Shown one piece after another: positions 1 to 9,751 of a stretch of DNA of 64,000 bases. Every line of letters starts with the position of its first letter. The first letter of the stretch is position 1. The stretch is taken from NCBI GenBank assembly GCA_043827405.1, contig JBDRPD010000063.1:1-64000 (forward strand), written 5' to 3'. The position numbers were made by a program, and so were the translations under genes. This DNA is from Elusimicrobiota bacterium (lineage in GTDB: Bacteria; Elusimicrobiota; Elusimicrobia; UBA1565). The notes beneath the pieces were generated by a model, which was given only the letters and a program-made list of their open reading frames with translations, ran no database searches and was not told the DNA's origin.

Positions 1-3000
1 ATGCAGGCCGTTGAGCGGAAAGCCGGGGCTGGGCACGGTGATCGAGGACACCGGGGCGTCGATCTCATAGTTAAAGGAAACATCGATATCGCCGAGCGTG
101 CTGGGTTCGGTATTGCGGAAGGTCGCATTGGGCTTGGTGACCTGGTCCGCGGCATAGGCGATGATATTGAAGGTATTAGGACTCGGGCTTTGGTTGAAGA
201 AGTCAACGTCGATATTGAGCGACCAGGCGGGCAGCGAGGCCAAGGATACCGGATGGTCGATACGCGAACCCGCGTCGACCCAGCCGCCGGGCCACTTCCA
301 CACCTTGCCGTCCGAATCGCGACTGAAGCCGACGTTGAGAACGCTAATGCCGGCGTTGTTGCCGGGCGGCTGGTCGCTCGAGTTGCCATTAATCGACGGA
401 ATTCCTTCCATATAGGTAAACGGAGGGGTACAAGGATTCCCCTCGGCCAGTCCCGACTGCACATCACACGGAACCGAAACGCTGGTATTGGGCGTCTGAC
501 TGTCATACAGGAATGGGATGGACGAAACATAAACGTTCTGAATATTGCCCGCGACGTCGATCGTCCGCACCTGCAGCTTCATGCTGGCGCCTTCGAGGGC
601 GCCCCAGTCGAGGCCGCTGATGCCGTAGGTTTTCCACTGCACCGGGACGTCGGTTGAGGTCGCGGTCATCCACAGCGGCGTGGCGCTGGGATTGATTAGG
701 CCATCCCCTTGCCAACACTCCGACGGAGCCTGAGCGATAAAGCACCAGTACAAGCTCTCCGACTCATCGTGCAGGGCGAACTCGACCGTGGCGATCGCCG
801 ACTCGCCGACCCCGTCTTCCGCCGTGCCGCCCATGAGGGCCAGAGACGGTTCGGTCTTGCCCGTGTCGTAGCCGTAGGCATTGGGCAAAGCGCCGGTGAT
901 GGGATAGGTGATGCGCGAAACCGGCGGATTTTCGTCGTAGAGGAAGCTGCGGGTGATGGCGGTGTCGCCGGTATCGCCCGGCGTGCCCAGCGTATTGCCG
1001 GCCTGGTCCGCCGCCCACAGGTGCACGATATAGGTGGCGCCGTTGGTAAACTGCACGTTCGAGGTGTCGAAGCTCCAACCGGTCCCGGTCGTCGAATAGG
1101 TGGACACCTTAAGCTGGGGGACACCCGCCCATTCATTGTCGAGCCAATCCCAGAAGGCGCCGGACTGCTCGATGGTCATATAGACCTTGCGGAAGTTGCC
1201 GGGGTCGACGACGTTGTCGGTGACGCCGGTGGGGGACTGGCCGCCGATGACGGCGGCGCCGTTGAGCCAGTCGCCGTCGCCGGTCCACTGCGCCGGAATG
1301 TCGAGCGTGATCGCCGGCGGCGTGATGTCGTAGACGAACTGGCGGGCGGTGCCGGTCGTCATCTGCAGCAGATCGTCCTGGCCGCGCACATTGACCTGGT
1401 AGCGGTTGCCGTTGACCCAGCCCGGGCGGTTGTAGCAGGGGTCGGCGAAGGGGTCGACGTCGATGGTCAAGGTCCCCTGCGGCGAGCCCAAAGGCGAGTT
1501 GCCCTGGTCGGTCTCGGCCTCAAACCATTTCTCGACCCCGGGCGCGGTCCAGGCCCCGGCGCAGGCGGCGGCGGTCGGGTCCCAGAAGATGTCGTCGACG
1601 AGCGCGGTCAGCGGGTCGAAGTTGCCGTCGGCGCCGGGCCGGCGGATCATGCCCTGGACGTTCTTGATGCCGCTGGCGCCGTCGGAAGCGGAGACCTTCA
1701 CGTTGGGCGAAGTATTCTTGAACTGCTGGACGTCGGGCGTCAGGATGGTCCAGTTGGGTCCCGCTTTGTCGACGACAAAATCCTGGGCCGCGCCGGCCTC
1801 GCCGTAGCCGCCGTCGGCGGTCGTCCCGCGCGCCTCGATCCGGTACTTGTAGTTGTTTTTCTGATTGTCGCCCTCGTCCGGCCAGCCGTTGTATATCCAG
1901 GAGGCGCCGCCGGTGGCGTTTTTCCACTGCTGGGCGGCCGGCAGGCCCAACTCGAAGGCGGAGCCGTTCCAGTGCGCTCCGGTCAGGCCGCCTACGGGAT
2001 CGTCGAGCAAGGTGATGCGCACCTGGGTATTATTGAGCGCCAGGGAGGCTCCGCCGGGAGTCTTCGTCGCGGTGCCGTTGATGTCCGGAACGGTGGTGTA
2101 AAACGAGGTCGGCGCCCCGATAGGATAGAAGATGTCGGCGGCGGGGACCACCACGGTGAAGGCCGGCGACCGGTAGAGCGATTTCCGGCCGTCGCCGTTG
2201 ATGACCCGCATAGCGCGGTCGCCAAAGGGAATATTGTCCGGCAGCGTGATGCTGACATGCAGGAGGTCGGAGGTCTTGCGGGTCGTGCTCGCTATCGCGA
2301 TGTTCGGGTCCTGGGAAACGCCGAAGTTGATCTCGGCGAGTATCGCGCCGTAGGTCGCCGGATCGAGGAAGCCGGCGTCCGGCGCCCCGGCCCGGGAGAG
2401 CAGGAGGTCGCCGCTGAAGGCCGCGCCGACCTCGGCCAGACCCCCGGACGCATTCGCCTCGACGGTGTCGAAAACGGGGTCCGGGAAGGTCGACGTCACC
2501 AGCGAGTCGAAGTAGACATTGCCGTCGGAGCCCGTATAGACCAGCGGCAGCCGCTTGGGCCGCACGCCGTACATGGCCAGCGAGGGATAGTCGAAAGACA
2601 AACCGGCGGTCCCGGTGGCGACGACGACGGGGTTCGACCAGCCGTTGTAGTTGGGCGCGATAGCGCTGGTCATGTAGATGGAGTAGTTGGGGCCGCTGTC
2701 GGTGTAGACGGCGTAGATCGCATCCGGGGTTCCTTCGACCCAGGCGATCGAGGGGTTTCTCTGGTCCTGGCGGACGCTGTCGATATTGACCGCGGTCTGC
2801 CAGGCGCCGCCGGCGCCGGCATTGCGGCGCCGGTAGGTCGGATAGGCCGGGCTGCCGACCATGGCCAGGTAGTGGACGTTATACTGCGTGCCCTCCGCGG
2901 GCTCGGCGACCGCGGCATGGGTGAACGCGTCCGACTGTTGGCCGTTCATCCAGTTCGCCATGTTGTTGGTGATTGAGCCGCCGGCGGAGGAAGGCGTGTC

Positions 3001-3813
3001 CAGGTAGCGCCAGCTGCGGTACATGCCGATGGTCGCCGAGGGCTGCTTGTGGAAAACGTAGAAGGTCGTGGGCGAGTCGGGAACCAGAACGCTGAACGGC
3101 CGCTGGTTGCTGAAGGTGTTGCAGGCGTACATGGTCGACGCGCCGGTGAACGACAAGTTCGAGGAGTTGCCGACGCTGGCGAAGAAGGCGTATTTGGCGC
3201 CCAAAGTATACTGCAGGGTCACGCCGATGCGGACGTTGTTGGAGCCCAGGGCGTCATGCTTGGAGATATTGACCGAGCCCGGTCCGTCATGGACGTATTC
3301 CGTGCTCGGCCGGCCGAACGCGACCGTTCCCGCCGTGGGCTTCCAGGTGATCGTTCCGTTGGCCTGCGGCTCGCCGGACTGGATGTAGACATCCTGCATG
3401 TTGCCGCTGTCGCAGGAGATGACGTAGCAGCTGGTCCCGTCCTTGTTGGAGACGATGACGTAGACCTTGCCGTTGGCCCCTTCGTTCTTGTCGTACCAGA
3501 TCGCGCCTTGCGAGCCCGCATGCGGGTAGGTGCCGGGGTCGAAAACGCTCTGTTCGCTGGCGCTCCAATTCTGGCCGTCGGTGCCCGAGCGGTAGACGAA
3601 TTCGCTCCCGTTGTTGTAGAAGACCCAAAACCTGCCGTTGTTGTCGCGGAAAGAGTTGCGCTGGCTCGAAGCCTCGGTCGTGCCGCTGCCGACCTCCGAC
3701 TGCGCCCCGACCCGGGGGGCAAAGCCGAGCAGCAGGACCAATAAAGCCGCCGCGGCCCCGCAGGCCTTGCCGGGTTCCGTGGCGCGCCGTTTTATTGCCG
3801 CGACAGCGTTCAT
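1..3813 (-). CDS. Giant secreted/surface protein with Ig-like beta repeats (5' part; runs off the window edge)
   Basis: Not in the ORF track. ATG at 3813, 1 nt after the stop of the upstream gene. Manual translation is open to position 1 (1271 codons): MNAVAAIKRR...AAALLVLLLGFAPRVGA/QSEV signal peptide, then Gly/Thr/Ser/Trp-rich beta sequence with recurring DxAGN and FxYDxxPP motifs. Confidence 0.85.
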   Translation of the reverse strand, partial: MNAVAAIKRRATEPGKACGAAAALLVLLLGFAPRVGAQSEVGSGTTEASSQRNSFRDNNGRFWVFYNNGSEFVYRSGTDGQNWSASEQSVFDPGTYPHAGSQGAIWYDKNEGANGKVYVIVSNKDGTSCYVISCDSGNMQDVYIQSGEPQANGTITWKPTAGTVAFGRPSTEYVHDGPGSVNISKHDALGSNNVRIGVTLQYTLGAKYAFFASVGNSSNLSFTGASTMYACNTFSNQRPFSVLVPDSPTTFYVFHKQPSATIGMYRSWRYLDTPSSAGGSITNNMANWMNGQQSDAFTHAAVAEPAEGTQYNVHYLAMVGSPAYPTYRRRNAGAGGAWQTAVNIDSVRQDQRNPSIAWVEGTPDAIYAVYTDSGPNYSIYMTSAIAPNYNGWSNPVVVATGTAGLSFDYPSLAMYGVRPKRLPLVYTGSDGNVYFDSLVTSTFPDPVFDTVEANASGGLAEVGAAFSGDLLLSRAGAPDAGFLDPATYGAILAEINFGVSQDPNIAIASTTRKTSDLLHVSITLPDNIPFGDRAMRVINGDGRKSLYRSPAFTVVVPAADIFYPIGAPTSFYTTVPDINGTATKTPGGASLALNNTQVRITLLDDPVGGLTGAHWNGSAFELGLPAAQQWKNATGGASWIYNGWPDEGDNQKNNYKYRIEARGTTADGGYGEAGAAQDFVVDKAGPNWTILTPDVQQFKNTSPNVKVSASDGASGIKNVQGMIRRPGADGNFDPLTALVDDIFWDPTAAACAGAWTAPGVEKWFEAETDQGNSPLGSPQGTLTIDVDPFADPCYNRPGWVNGNRYQVNVRGQDDLLQMTTGTARQFVYDITPPAITLDIPAQWTGDGDWLNGAAVIGGQSPTGVTDNVVDPGNFRKVYMTIEQSGAFWDWLDNEWAGVPQLKVSTYSTTGTGWSFDTSNVQFTNGATYIVHLWAADQAGNTLGTPGDTGDTAITRSFLYDENPPVSRITYPITGALPNAYGYDTGKTEPSLALMGGTAEDGVGESAIATVEFALHDESESLYWCFIAQAPSECWQGDGLINPSATPLWMTATSTDVPVQWKTYGISGLDWGALEGASMKLQVRTIDVAGNIQNVYVSSIPFLYDSQTPNTSVSVPCDVQSGLAEGNPCTPPFTYMEGIPSINGNSSDQPPGNNAGISVLNVGFSRDSDGKVWKWPGGWVDAGSRIDHPVSLASLPAWSLNIDVDFFNQSPSPNTFNIIAYAADQVTKPNATFRNTEPSTLGDIDVSFNYEIDAPVSSITVPSPGFPLNGLH

Positions 3814-3814
3814 A

Positions 3815-5746
3815 TCAGCTCTTCTTCACGTCCCGCAGCAGCCGCTGCAGAGAGTCCAAATTCTTAAGCCCCGCCTGATTGGCCGGGTCATGCTTCAAGA
3901 CCCGGCGGAACTCCGCCTCCGCCTCGGCGTACATCTCGCGGCGGACGTAGACGATGCCCAGATCGTTGCGCGCGTCGATAAGCTCCGGCGACTTGGCCAG
4001 CGCCCGCCGGTATTCGGCGGCGGCTTCCTCGAAGCGCCCCCCATCTTCCAGCAGCGCGATGAGCCGGCGGTGGTCCTCCCAGGCGTACAGGTTGATCTCG
4101 CAGGCCCGCCGGAGCTCGGCCAGCGCCGCGGCGGTCCGGCCCTCATCCTTGTATATAAGCGCCAGGTAGACGTGCGGCAGATCGAAATGCGGGTTGATTC
4201 CGACGGCGGCGCGCAGGTGCTGGAGCGCCGCCTCCTTCTTCCCCCCTTTGTAGTAGACGTAGCCGAGGTTGGTGTGGGCGTCGTCATACTGCGGATAAAG
4301 CGCCAGCGATTTCCTGAACGCCGCGGCCGCCTCCGCGTCGCGCCCCCGCTTCTCATACAGCACGCCCAAGGCATTTTGCAGCAGCGGCTCCTCCGGCACG
4401 ATGCGGCTCGCCCGCTCGAAAGACGCCATGCCGTCGTCGAGACGCGCCGCGGCGAGATAGGCGGCGCCGAGATTATAATGCGCCCGGTAGCTTTCGGGCG
4501 ACGCCGCCACCGTAGACTCCCACAGCCGCACCGGGCTGCGCCAGTCGCAAGTGCGCCGCATCGAGGTAAGGGAGAACGCTCCCACGAGGACCGCGCACAA
4601 GCCCGCGCTCAGGCGGCGGCCCGCGGACGAGGGCCGGCGCAGGCCCCAAGCGGCCGCGAGGGCGAGAAGAATGCACCAGCCCGCGGAGGGCAGGTAGAGG
4701 CGGGACTCGGATATCGGCCGCGTGACGAGGAATACGATATTGGCGACCGGGACCAAGGTCCCCAGGGCGAAGAGGAGGCCGAAGAACAGGCCCCGCTCCT
4801 TGCCGGCGTAGAGCCGCCGGGCCGCCCATAGGCAGCCGCTCACCGCGGCCAGCGCGCCCACGGCCCACCCGATGGAGCCGCCGGCTTCCGCCGGCAGGCG
4901 CCGCTCCAGAGAGAAGGTGAAGGGCCAGGCCATGAGCGTCAGATAGCAGCCGACGCTCTCCAAGACGAGCTTGCCGTGATCGAGCAAGGTTATCTGGGCG
5001 GCCGCGAAGCCCGCGATCTCACCCGCGTTGACATAGGCGAACTGGAACCGTAGATAGGCCGCCGTGATCGCCCAAAAAGGAACCGTCCACCTGAGGAGAC
5101 GCCAATCGGGACGGCGCCAGGTCTCGGCGGCGAAGGCAAAGACATAGAGGCCGAGGACCGCGGGCAAGGTCACCGCCGTCTCCTTGGACAGCAGGGCCAG
5201 CAGATAGCAGAGGAATGAGCCGGCGAGGTGCGACCGCCGGTACGCCGCGCCGCGAGCGGCCCGGACAAAGAGGATGACCGAGGAGAAAAAGAACGCGGTC
5301 GCGAACAGGTCGAGGCGATTCTTCAACCAAGCGACCGTCTCCACATGCATGGGGTGGACGGCGAAGAGCAGCGCCGCGATCAGGGCCGTCTTGCGGTCCG
5401 TGAACAGGGTCCAGCACAGCACATAGAAGAGGAAGACCACCGCGATATGGGAGAGCAGGTTGGTCAGGTGATAGCCCATCGGCTTGAGACCCCACAGCCG
5501 GTAGTCGATCATATAGCTCAAAGACCGCACCGGGCTGACCGGATTGAGCGGGATGGTCTGCGGGGAGATCGTGGTCCGCTGCTCGCGCCAGTGCGAAGCC
5601 TTCAGCAGCGACCCGGAATCGAGCTCGCGGATGGAAGCGTTCTTCTGAATGTGGGCGATATCGTCCCACATAAAAGGAACGCGGAAGGTGTCCGCGAAGA
5701 CGAACGAGGACAGCAGCGCCAGGATGAGGAAGTCGACCCGCCTCAT
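3815..5746 (-). CDS. TMTC-like GT-C membrane glycosyltransferase with C-terminal TPR array
   Basis: PFMWDD loop, GYHLTNLLSH, HPMHVETVAW, LLSKET and SESRLYLPS motifs, many TM segments, then several TPRs. Confidence 0.8.
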   Translation of the reverse strand: MRRVDFLILALLSSFVFADTFRVPFMWDDIAHIQKNASIRELDSGSLLKASHWREQRTTISPQTIPLNPVSPVRSLSYMIDYRLWGLKPMGYHLTNLLSHIAVVFLFYVLCWTLFTDRKTALIAALLFAVHPMHVETVAWLKNRLDLFATAFFFSSVILFVRAARGAAYRRSHLAGSFLCYLLALLSKETAVTLPAVLGLYVFAFAAETWRRPDWRLLRWTVPFWAITAAYLRFQFAYVNAGEIAGFAAAQITLLDHGKLVLESVGCYLTLMAWPFTFSLERRLPAEAGGSIGWAVGALAAVSGCLWAARRLYAGKERGLFFGLLFALGTLVPVANIVFLVTRPISESRLYLPSAGWCILLALAAAWGLRRPSSAGRRLSAGLCAVLVGAFSLTSMRRTCDWRSPVRLWESTVAASPESYRAHYNLGAAYLAAARLDDGMASFERASRIVPEEPLLQNALGVLYEKRGRDAEAAAAFRKSLALYPQYDDAHTNLGYVYYKGGKKEAALQHLRAAVGINPHFDLPHVYLALIYKDEGRTAAALAELRRACEINLYAWEDHRRLIALLEDGGRFEEAAAEYRRALAKSPELIDARNDLGIVYVRREMYAEAEAEFRRVLKHDPANQAGLKNLDSLQRLLRDVKKS

Positions 5747-7332
5747 TCGATGTTCCCCCCCCGCTTGAAATACTGGACGGCCTTCATGGGGTCGCCGGTC
5801 CGAAAATAAACAAGCCCGAGACCCGAATGCGCCGGAGGATAAGCCGGCCCGACTTGTAGCGCGCTTTCAAACGCTTCCTTGGCCCGCGCGTAGTCCTTGA
5901 CTTTGCAGTGGGCCTCGCCGAGCAAGGTCCAGGCCCGCGGCGAACGGGGCGATTGCTTCACCGTTTGCGACCAGAAGCGAATCTCGTTGCTCCAGTCGGC
6001 GTTGCGGCGCACGGTCAGGACCGCGAAAACGAGCAGGATCGCCCCCAGCGCCGAGAGCGGGAGCCGCCCCCAATCCCGGCCCGGAGCGCGTCGGCGCAGA
6101 TACTCCGCTCCGTCCGCGAAGACCTTCCCCAGAATCAGGCAGAAGGCGAGCGAGGGCAGGTAGAGCCGGTGCTCGCCGATCGGCCGGGGCGCCAGGTAGA
6201 AAATATTGGCGACGGGCGAGAGGACAATGAGGAACCAGAAAGCGCAGAAGGACGCCGTCTTATGCCGGGGGAAGGCCCCAAAGCCGGCATAGACCAAGCC
6301 GCCGGTCAAGGCGACGGAAGCCATCATGACGGGCTCCGAGATAAGATCCGGAAGCGCCAACACCCGGTCGGCGCAGAATTGGAAAGGCAGAGAGACGAGG
6401 ACCGCGTAATAGGCGACGGTCTTGAAGACCACGAGAATATTGGTGTAGACGTCCAGTGAATGGGGCTGGGAGATTCCCGGCTTGGCGATGACGAACTCCA
6501 AATAGAAAGCTCCCAGCGTCAGCAGCCAGAAGGGCGCCGTCAAGAGCAGGCTCTTTTTCCGTTCTTCCGGGGCGACGAAGCACAAAATGTAGAGGACCAT
6601 GACGGCGGGCAGGGTGACCACGATCTCCTTCGACAGGATGGCCAGCGTGAAGCAGCCGGCCGCTCCCGCGAGGAGCAGCCCCGGCCTGAACCTCCTCGCC
6701 AGCAGCGCCCCTCCGCCCGGCGACGCCTCGATGAACAGCGTAAGCGCCGAGAGATAGAAGGCCGCCGCTATCAGGTCCACCCTGTTCTTCACCCAGGAGA
6801 CGGCCTCGGTATGCATCGGATGTACGGCAAAGAGCATGCCGGTGAACAAAGCGAGACGCGGGTCCTTGAACATCGCCAGACACAGGAGGTAGACGAGGAG
6901 AACATTGACGGCATGCAGCAGGATGTTGGTTAAGTGGTAGCCGAACGGATTGCCCCCCCACAGCTTATGGTCCAGGTTCAGCGAGAACGTCCGCAGCGGC
7001 GAGACGGGAACGTAGACATCGACGTCATGCAGGTTGCGGTAGTCGCGCCAGTACGCCTTGGTCAGGAAGAAAAACGGGTTCTTCAGATGCTTCTGGTACT
7101 TGTCGGAGGCGATCAGCCCCACCAGGCCCGCGTCGTCCCACATGAAGGGGTTCTTGAGGGTATTGCCGAATACCAGAAACGACACCGCGACCAGCAGAAC
7201 GATATGGGGAATGCCGCCCCGGCGCAGAAAGCCCTGCAGCCTGGACTCTTCGCCGCCGAAGACAAGCCGGTCCGCTCCCGCTTGCGCGGGCCCCTGCCTC
7301 GGCTTCTTCCGCTTCTCGTCCAGCGCCAACAT
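5743..7332 (-). CDS. Second TMTC-like GT-C/TPR membrane protein (short TPR tail)
   Basis: PFMWDD, GYHLTNILLH, HPMHTEAVSW, ILSKE, GEHRLYLPS and RNADW motifs; about 2 TPRs; ATGA overlap with the next gene. Confidence 0.8.
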   Translation of the reverse strand: MLALDEKRKKPRQGPAQAGADRLVFGGEESRLQGFLRRGGIPHIVLLVAVSFLVFGNTLKNPFMWDDAGLVGLIASDKYQKHLKNPFFFLTKAYWRDYRNLHDVDVYVPVSPLRTFSLNLDHKLWGGNPFGYHLTNILLHAVNVLLVYLLCLAMFKDPRLALFTGMLFAVHPMHTEAVSWVKNRVDLIAAAFYLSALTLFIEASPGGGALLARRFRPGLLLAGAAGCFTLAILSKEIVVTLPAVMVLYILCFVAPEERKKSLLLTAPFWLLTLGAFYLEFVIAKPGISQPHSLDVYTNILVVFKTVAYYAVLVSLPFQFCADRVLALPDLISEPVMMASVALTGGLVYAGFGAFPRHKTASFCAFWFLIVLSPVANIFYLAPRPIGEHRLYLPSLAFCLILGKVFADGAEYLRRRAPGRDWGRLPLSALGAILLVFAVLTVRRNADWSNEIRFWSQTVKQSPRSPRAWTLLGEAHCKVKDYARAKEAFESALQVGPAYPPAHSGLGLVYFRTGDPMKAVQYFKRGGNIE

Positions 7333-7334
7333 CG

Positions 7335-8765
7335 CTATTTTACTCCTTTTGCTCCGACCACGAGTCCATAAAACAGGGGGCCGAACCGCTCGGTCGTCCG
7401 CACCTGGAAGCTGCTCTCGGTCAGCATGGAGCGCAGCTCTTTAAGGCTGAAATTCCGGTTATGGTCGTCCGGCTTAAAACCGGTATAGGCCGCGACCTTA
7501 TCGAGGATCGGGTCCACCGCGGTGATCACCAGCAGGCCGTCCCGGCGCAGCACCCGGTAGCTCTCGGCGATCACCTTGGCGGCGTCGTTCATATGCTCGA
7601 TCGCCGAGGCGATGACGACCACGTCGAATTCCCCTTCCCCGAAGGGCAGGCTCTCGCCGACTCCTTCCAGAATCCTGATTCCGGCGTCGGTCTGCGCCGC
7701 GCGCAGTTCGGGAGAGGGCTCGACTCCGACCGCGCGGCCCAGCTCAAGGCCGGCGCGCAGGGCGCTGAGCATTTCGCCGTCGGCGGCGCCGACGTCGAGG
7801 AGCTCCAGGCCCTTGCCGCCTTTATTGGCGCGGATGGCCTCCAGCACCTTTTCCGTCCGCTTGCCGATGCGGTAGCGCAAAATCGGATTTTCCCGCCGCT
7901 TCTTAAGGTAGCTCAAAGAAGCCCCTTCCTCGGCCTCGGCGCCGAACAAGACATGCATGAGAAAAGGCTGCATGAAATAGGTCCCAAGAACGGCGGGAAA
8001 CAGCCCGTTGACCATGGAGACGATAAGCCCGGCGGCGAACAGGGTCTCGGCCGGCGCCGCGCCGGAAAACAGCAGCAGCACCGCGCCCTCGCGCACGCCG
8101 AGACCGCTGACGCTCAGCGGCAGGCTGGCGGCCATCATGGCCAGCGGCGCCAGAATCAGCAGGCTCGCCGCCGGCAAGGAGATGCCCAGCGCCTTGAAGA
8201 CCAGTATGAAGTTGGCCAGCAGGCATAGCTCGAGAATCATGGAATGAACGACGATCCGAACCGTCGTGCCGCGCAGGAGGCAGACCGCGGCCAGCCCCGC
8301 GGCGGCCAAGGCGGCGGCGGCGACCGCTCCCAAATACTGCAGCGCCGCGCCCAGCAGGACGATTAAGGCCAAGGCGCCAAAGCGGCCAAGATAGTTCAGG
8401 GCGATCGACGAGACGCCCTTGGTATATGACAAGCGGTGCTCCTTGTTCAGGTAGACCGCCCGCAGGAGCTCCCCCGACTTGAACGGGAAGACGATTTTCA
8501 AGGGCAAGGTCCCGAGGCGCAGGCTGCGCACCGCGGCCGCCGGCAGGCGGCAGCCCAGGCGGTCGAGGATGGCCCGGTACTTCTCAACCCCGGCATAGAG
8601 CGCGGCGGCGGCGGACAAGCCCAAAGCCAGCAGCACCAGCGCCGGGTTCGCCTGCGCCATAGCCGCCAGGATATCTCCCCCGGGAATGCCCCGCAGCAGA
8701 ATCGCGAAGACCGCCGCGGTAACCGCCCACGGCAAGGCGAATTTTATAAAGCGCACCGTTTTCAT
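7335..8765 (-). CDS. Flippase-like (lysylphosphatidylglycerol synthase TM/UPF0104) domain fused to class I SAM methyltransferase
   Basis: N-terminal multi-TM domain with PFKSGELLR and LPLSVSGLGVRE motifs; C-terminal LLDVGAADG...LPF...FDVV...IEH. Start set at the ATGA overlap at 8765. Confidence 0.75.
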   Translation of the reverse strand: MKTVRFIKFALPWAVTAAVFAILLRGIPGGDILAAMAQANPALVLLALGLSAAAALYAGVEKYRAILDRLGCRLPAAAVRSLRLGTLPLKIVFPFKSGELLRAVYLNKEHRLSYTKGVSSIALNYLGRFGALALIVLLGAALQYLGAVAAAALAAAGLAAVCLLRGTTVRIVVHSMILELCLLANFILVFKALGISLPAASLLILAPLAMMAASLPLSVSGLGVREGAVLLLFSGAAPAETLFAAGLIVSMVNGLFPAVLGTYFMQPFLMHVLFGAEAEEGASLSYLKKRRENPILRYRIGKRTEKVLEAIRANKGGKGLELLDVGAADGEMLSALRAGLELGRAVGVEPSPELRAAQTDAGIRILEGVGESLPFGEGEFDVVVIASAIEHMNDAAKVIAESYRVLRRDGLLVITAVDPILDKVAAYTGFKPDDHNRNFSLKELRSMLTESSFQVRTTERFGPLFYGLVVGAKGVK

Positions 8766-9751
8766 TTGCTCTTTACCAGCCGCCATACGGAACCGACCGT
8801 GCCCAGCTTAAAGGCCATGAGAAAATTCAGTTCCAGGGCGCCGCAAAATCCGCAGCCCGAGCATTGCGTCTCCGGCAGCTGCGCGAAGGCCTCGCGAAAC
8901 CCAAGCTCCAGGCAGTTGGGCAGGGCCTCCGGGTATTTGATCCGGTCGCAGGGATAGAGGTCGCCGTTGGTCTCGACGATGCAGAAGAGCTTCCCCGCCG
9001 AGCACTCCAGCTCGGGATAGTCCGGCCAGCGCCGGATATGCTCGAGCCCGATCAGGGAGTTGCGCATGGCGTCGCCGCCCTCCCGCTTGCGGCGGATCAA
9101 CCCCTCAACCGCCCGCCCGAACTCCTCCTTGGACGGATACAAATCCCCCATCTCCTTGACGCCGCGGTAGAGCCGCTTGAGCGGCTGGAAAGCGATCACG
9201 GTACCGCGGCGGCGCGCCAAGTCCAGCAGGAAGTCCAGGTGCGCGATATTGTGCCGCGTCAGAGTCGTCGCCAAAGTCACCTTGATGCCGTGTTTTTGCG
9301 CCGTCTCGACCGCCAGCAAAGACTGCGCAAAGGCGCCCTTGCGGCCGGAGAGACGGTCATGCACTTCCTCGGGGCCGTCGATGCTGATCTTGATCAGATC
9401 GAGGTTCTTAAGCTGCCCGATCCGCTTCTCGATGAGCGCCCCGCGCGAGTTCATGCTGGGCGACATGCCCAGTTCCTTGGTGTAGTCGATGATCTGCCCG
9501 ATATCCTCGCGCAGCAGCGGCTCGCCGCCGCTAAACGATATGCGGCGGGTACCCATGTCCCGCATCTCCCGCAGCAGCGAGAACACCTGCTCCGTGCTCA
9601 TGCCCCGCTGCTTGGTTTTCCAGATGCCGCAGTAGGCGCAGCGGTTATTGCACAGATCGGTCACCTGGAACCGCACGGCCAAGGGGATGCGCGTCCCCGC
9701 TTTTGCTTTCAGGACCGCGAGCGCCGAGCTCATCTTGTCCTTAAGCTTCAC
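8762..9751 (-). CDS. Radical SAM protein with SPASM/twitch domain
   Basis: CNNRCAYC, SGGEPLLR, CSAGK...GDLYPC...CSGCGFC. Confidence 0.9.
   Translation of the reverse strand: MKLKDKMSSALAVLKAKAGTRIPLAVRFQVTDLCNNRCAYCGIWKTKQRGMSTEQVFSLLREMRDMGTRRISFSGGEPLLREDIGQIIDYTKELGMSPSMNSRGALIEKRIGQLKNLDLIKISIDGPEEVHDRLSGRKGAFAQSLLAVETAQKHGIKVTLATTLTRHNIAHLDFLLDLARRRGTVIAFQPLKRLYRGVKEMGDLYPSKEEFGRAVEGLIRRKREGGDAMRNSLIGLEHIRRWPDYPELECSAGKLFCIVETNGDLYPCDRIKYPEALPNCLELGFREAFAQLPETQCSGCGFCGALELNFLMAFKLGTVGSVWRLVKSK

Noticed and set aside
709..2976. 755-aa plus-strand ORF and other long plus-strand ORFs (for example 18408-20663, 23038-24552, 49105-51186)
   Set aside because: Antisense shadows of clear minus-strand genes in high-GC DNA; no recognisable motifs.
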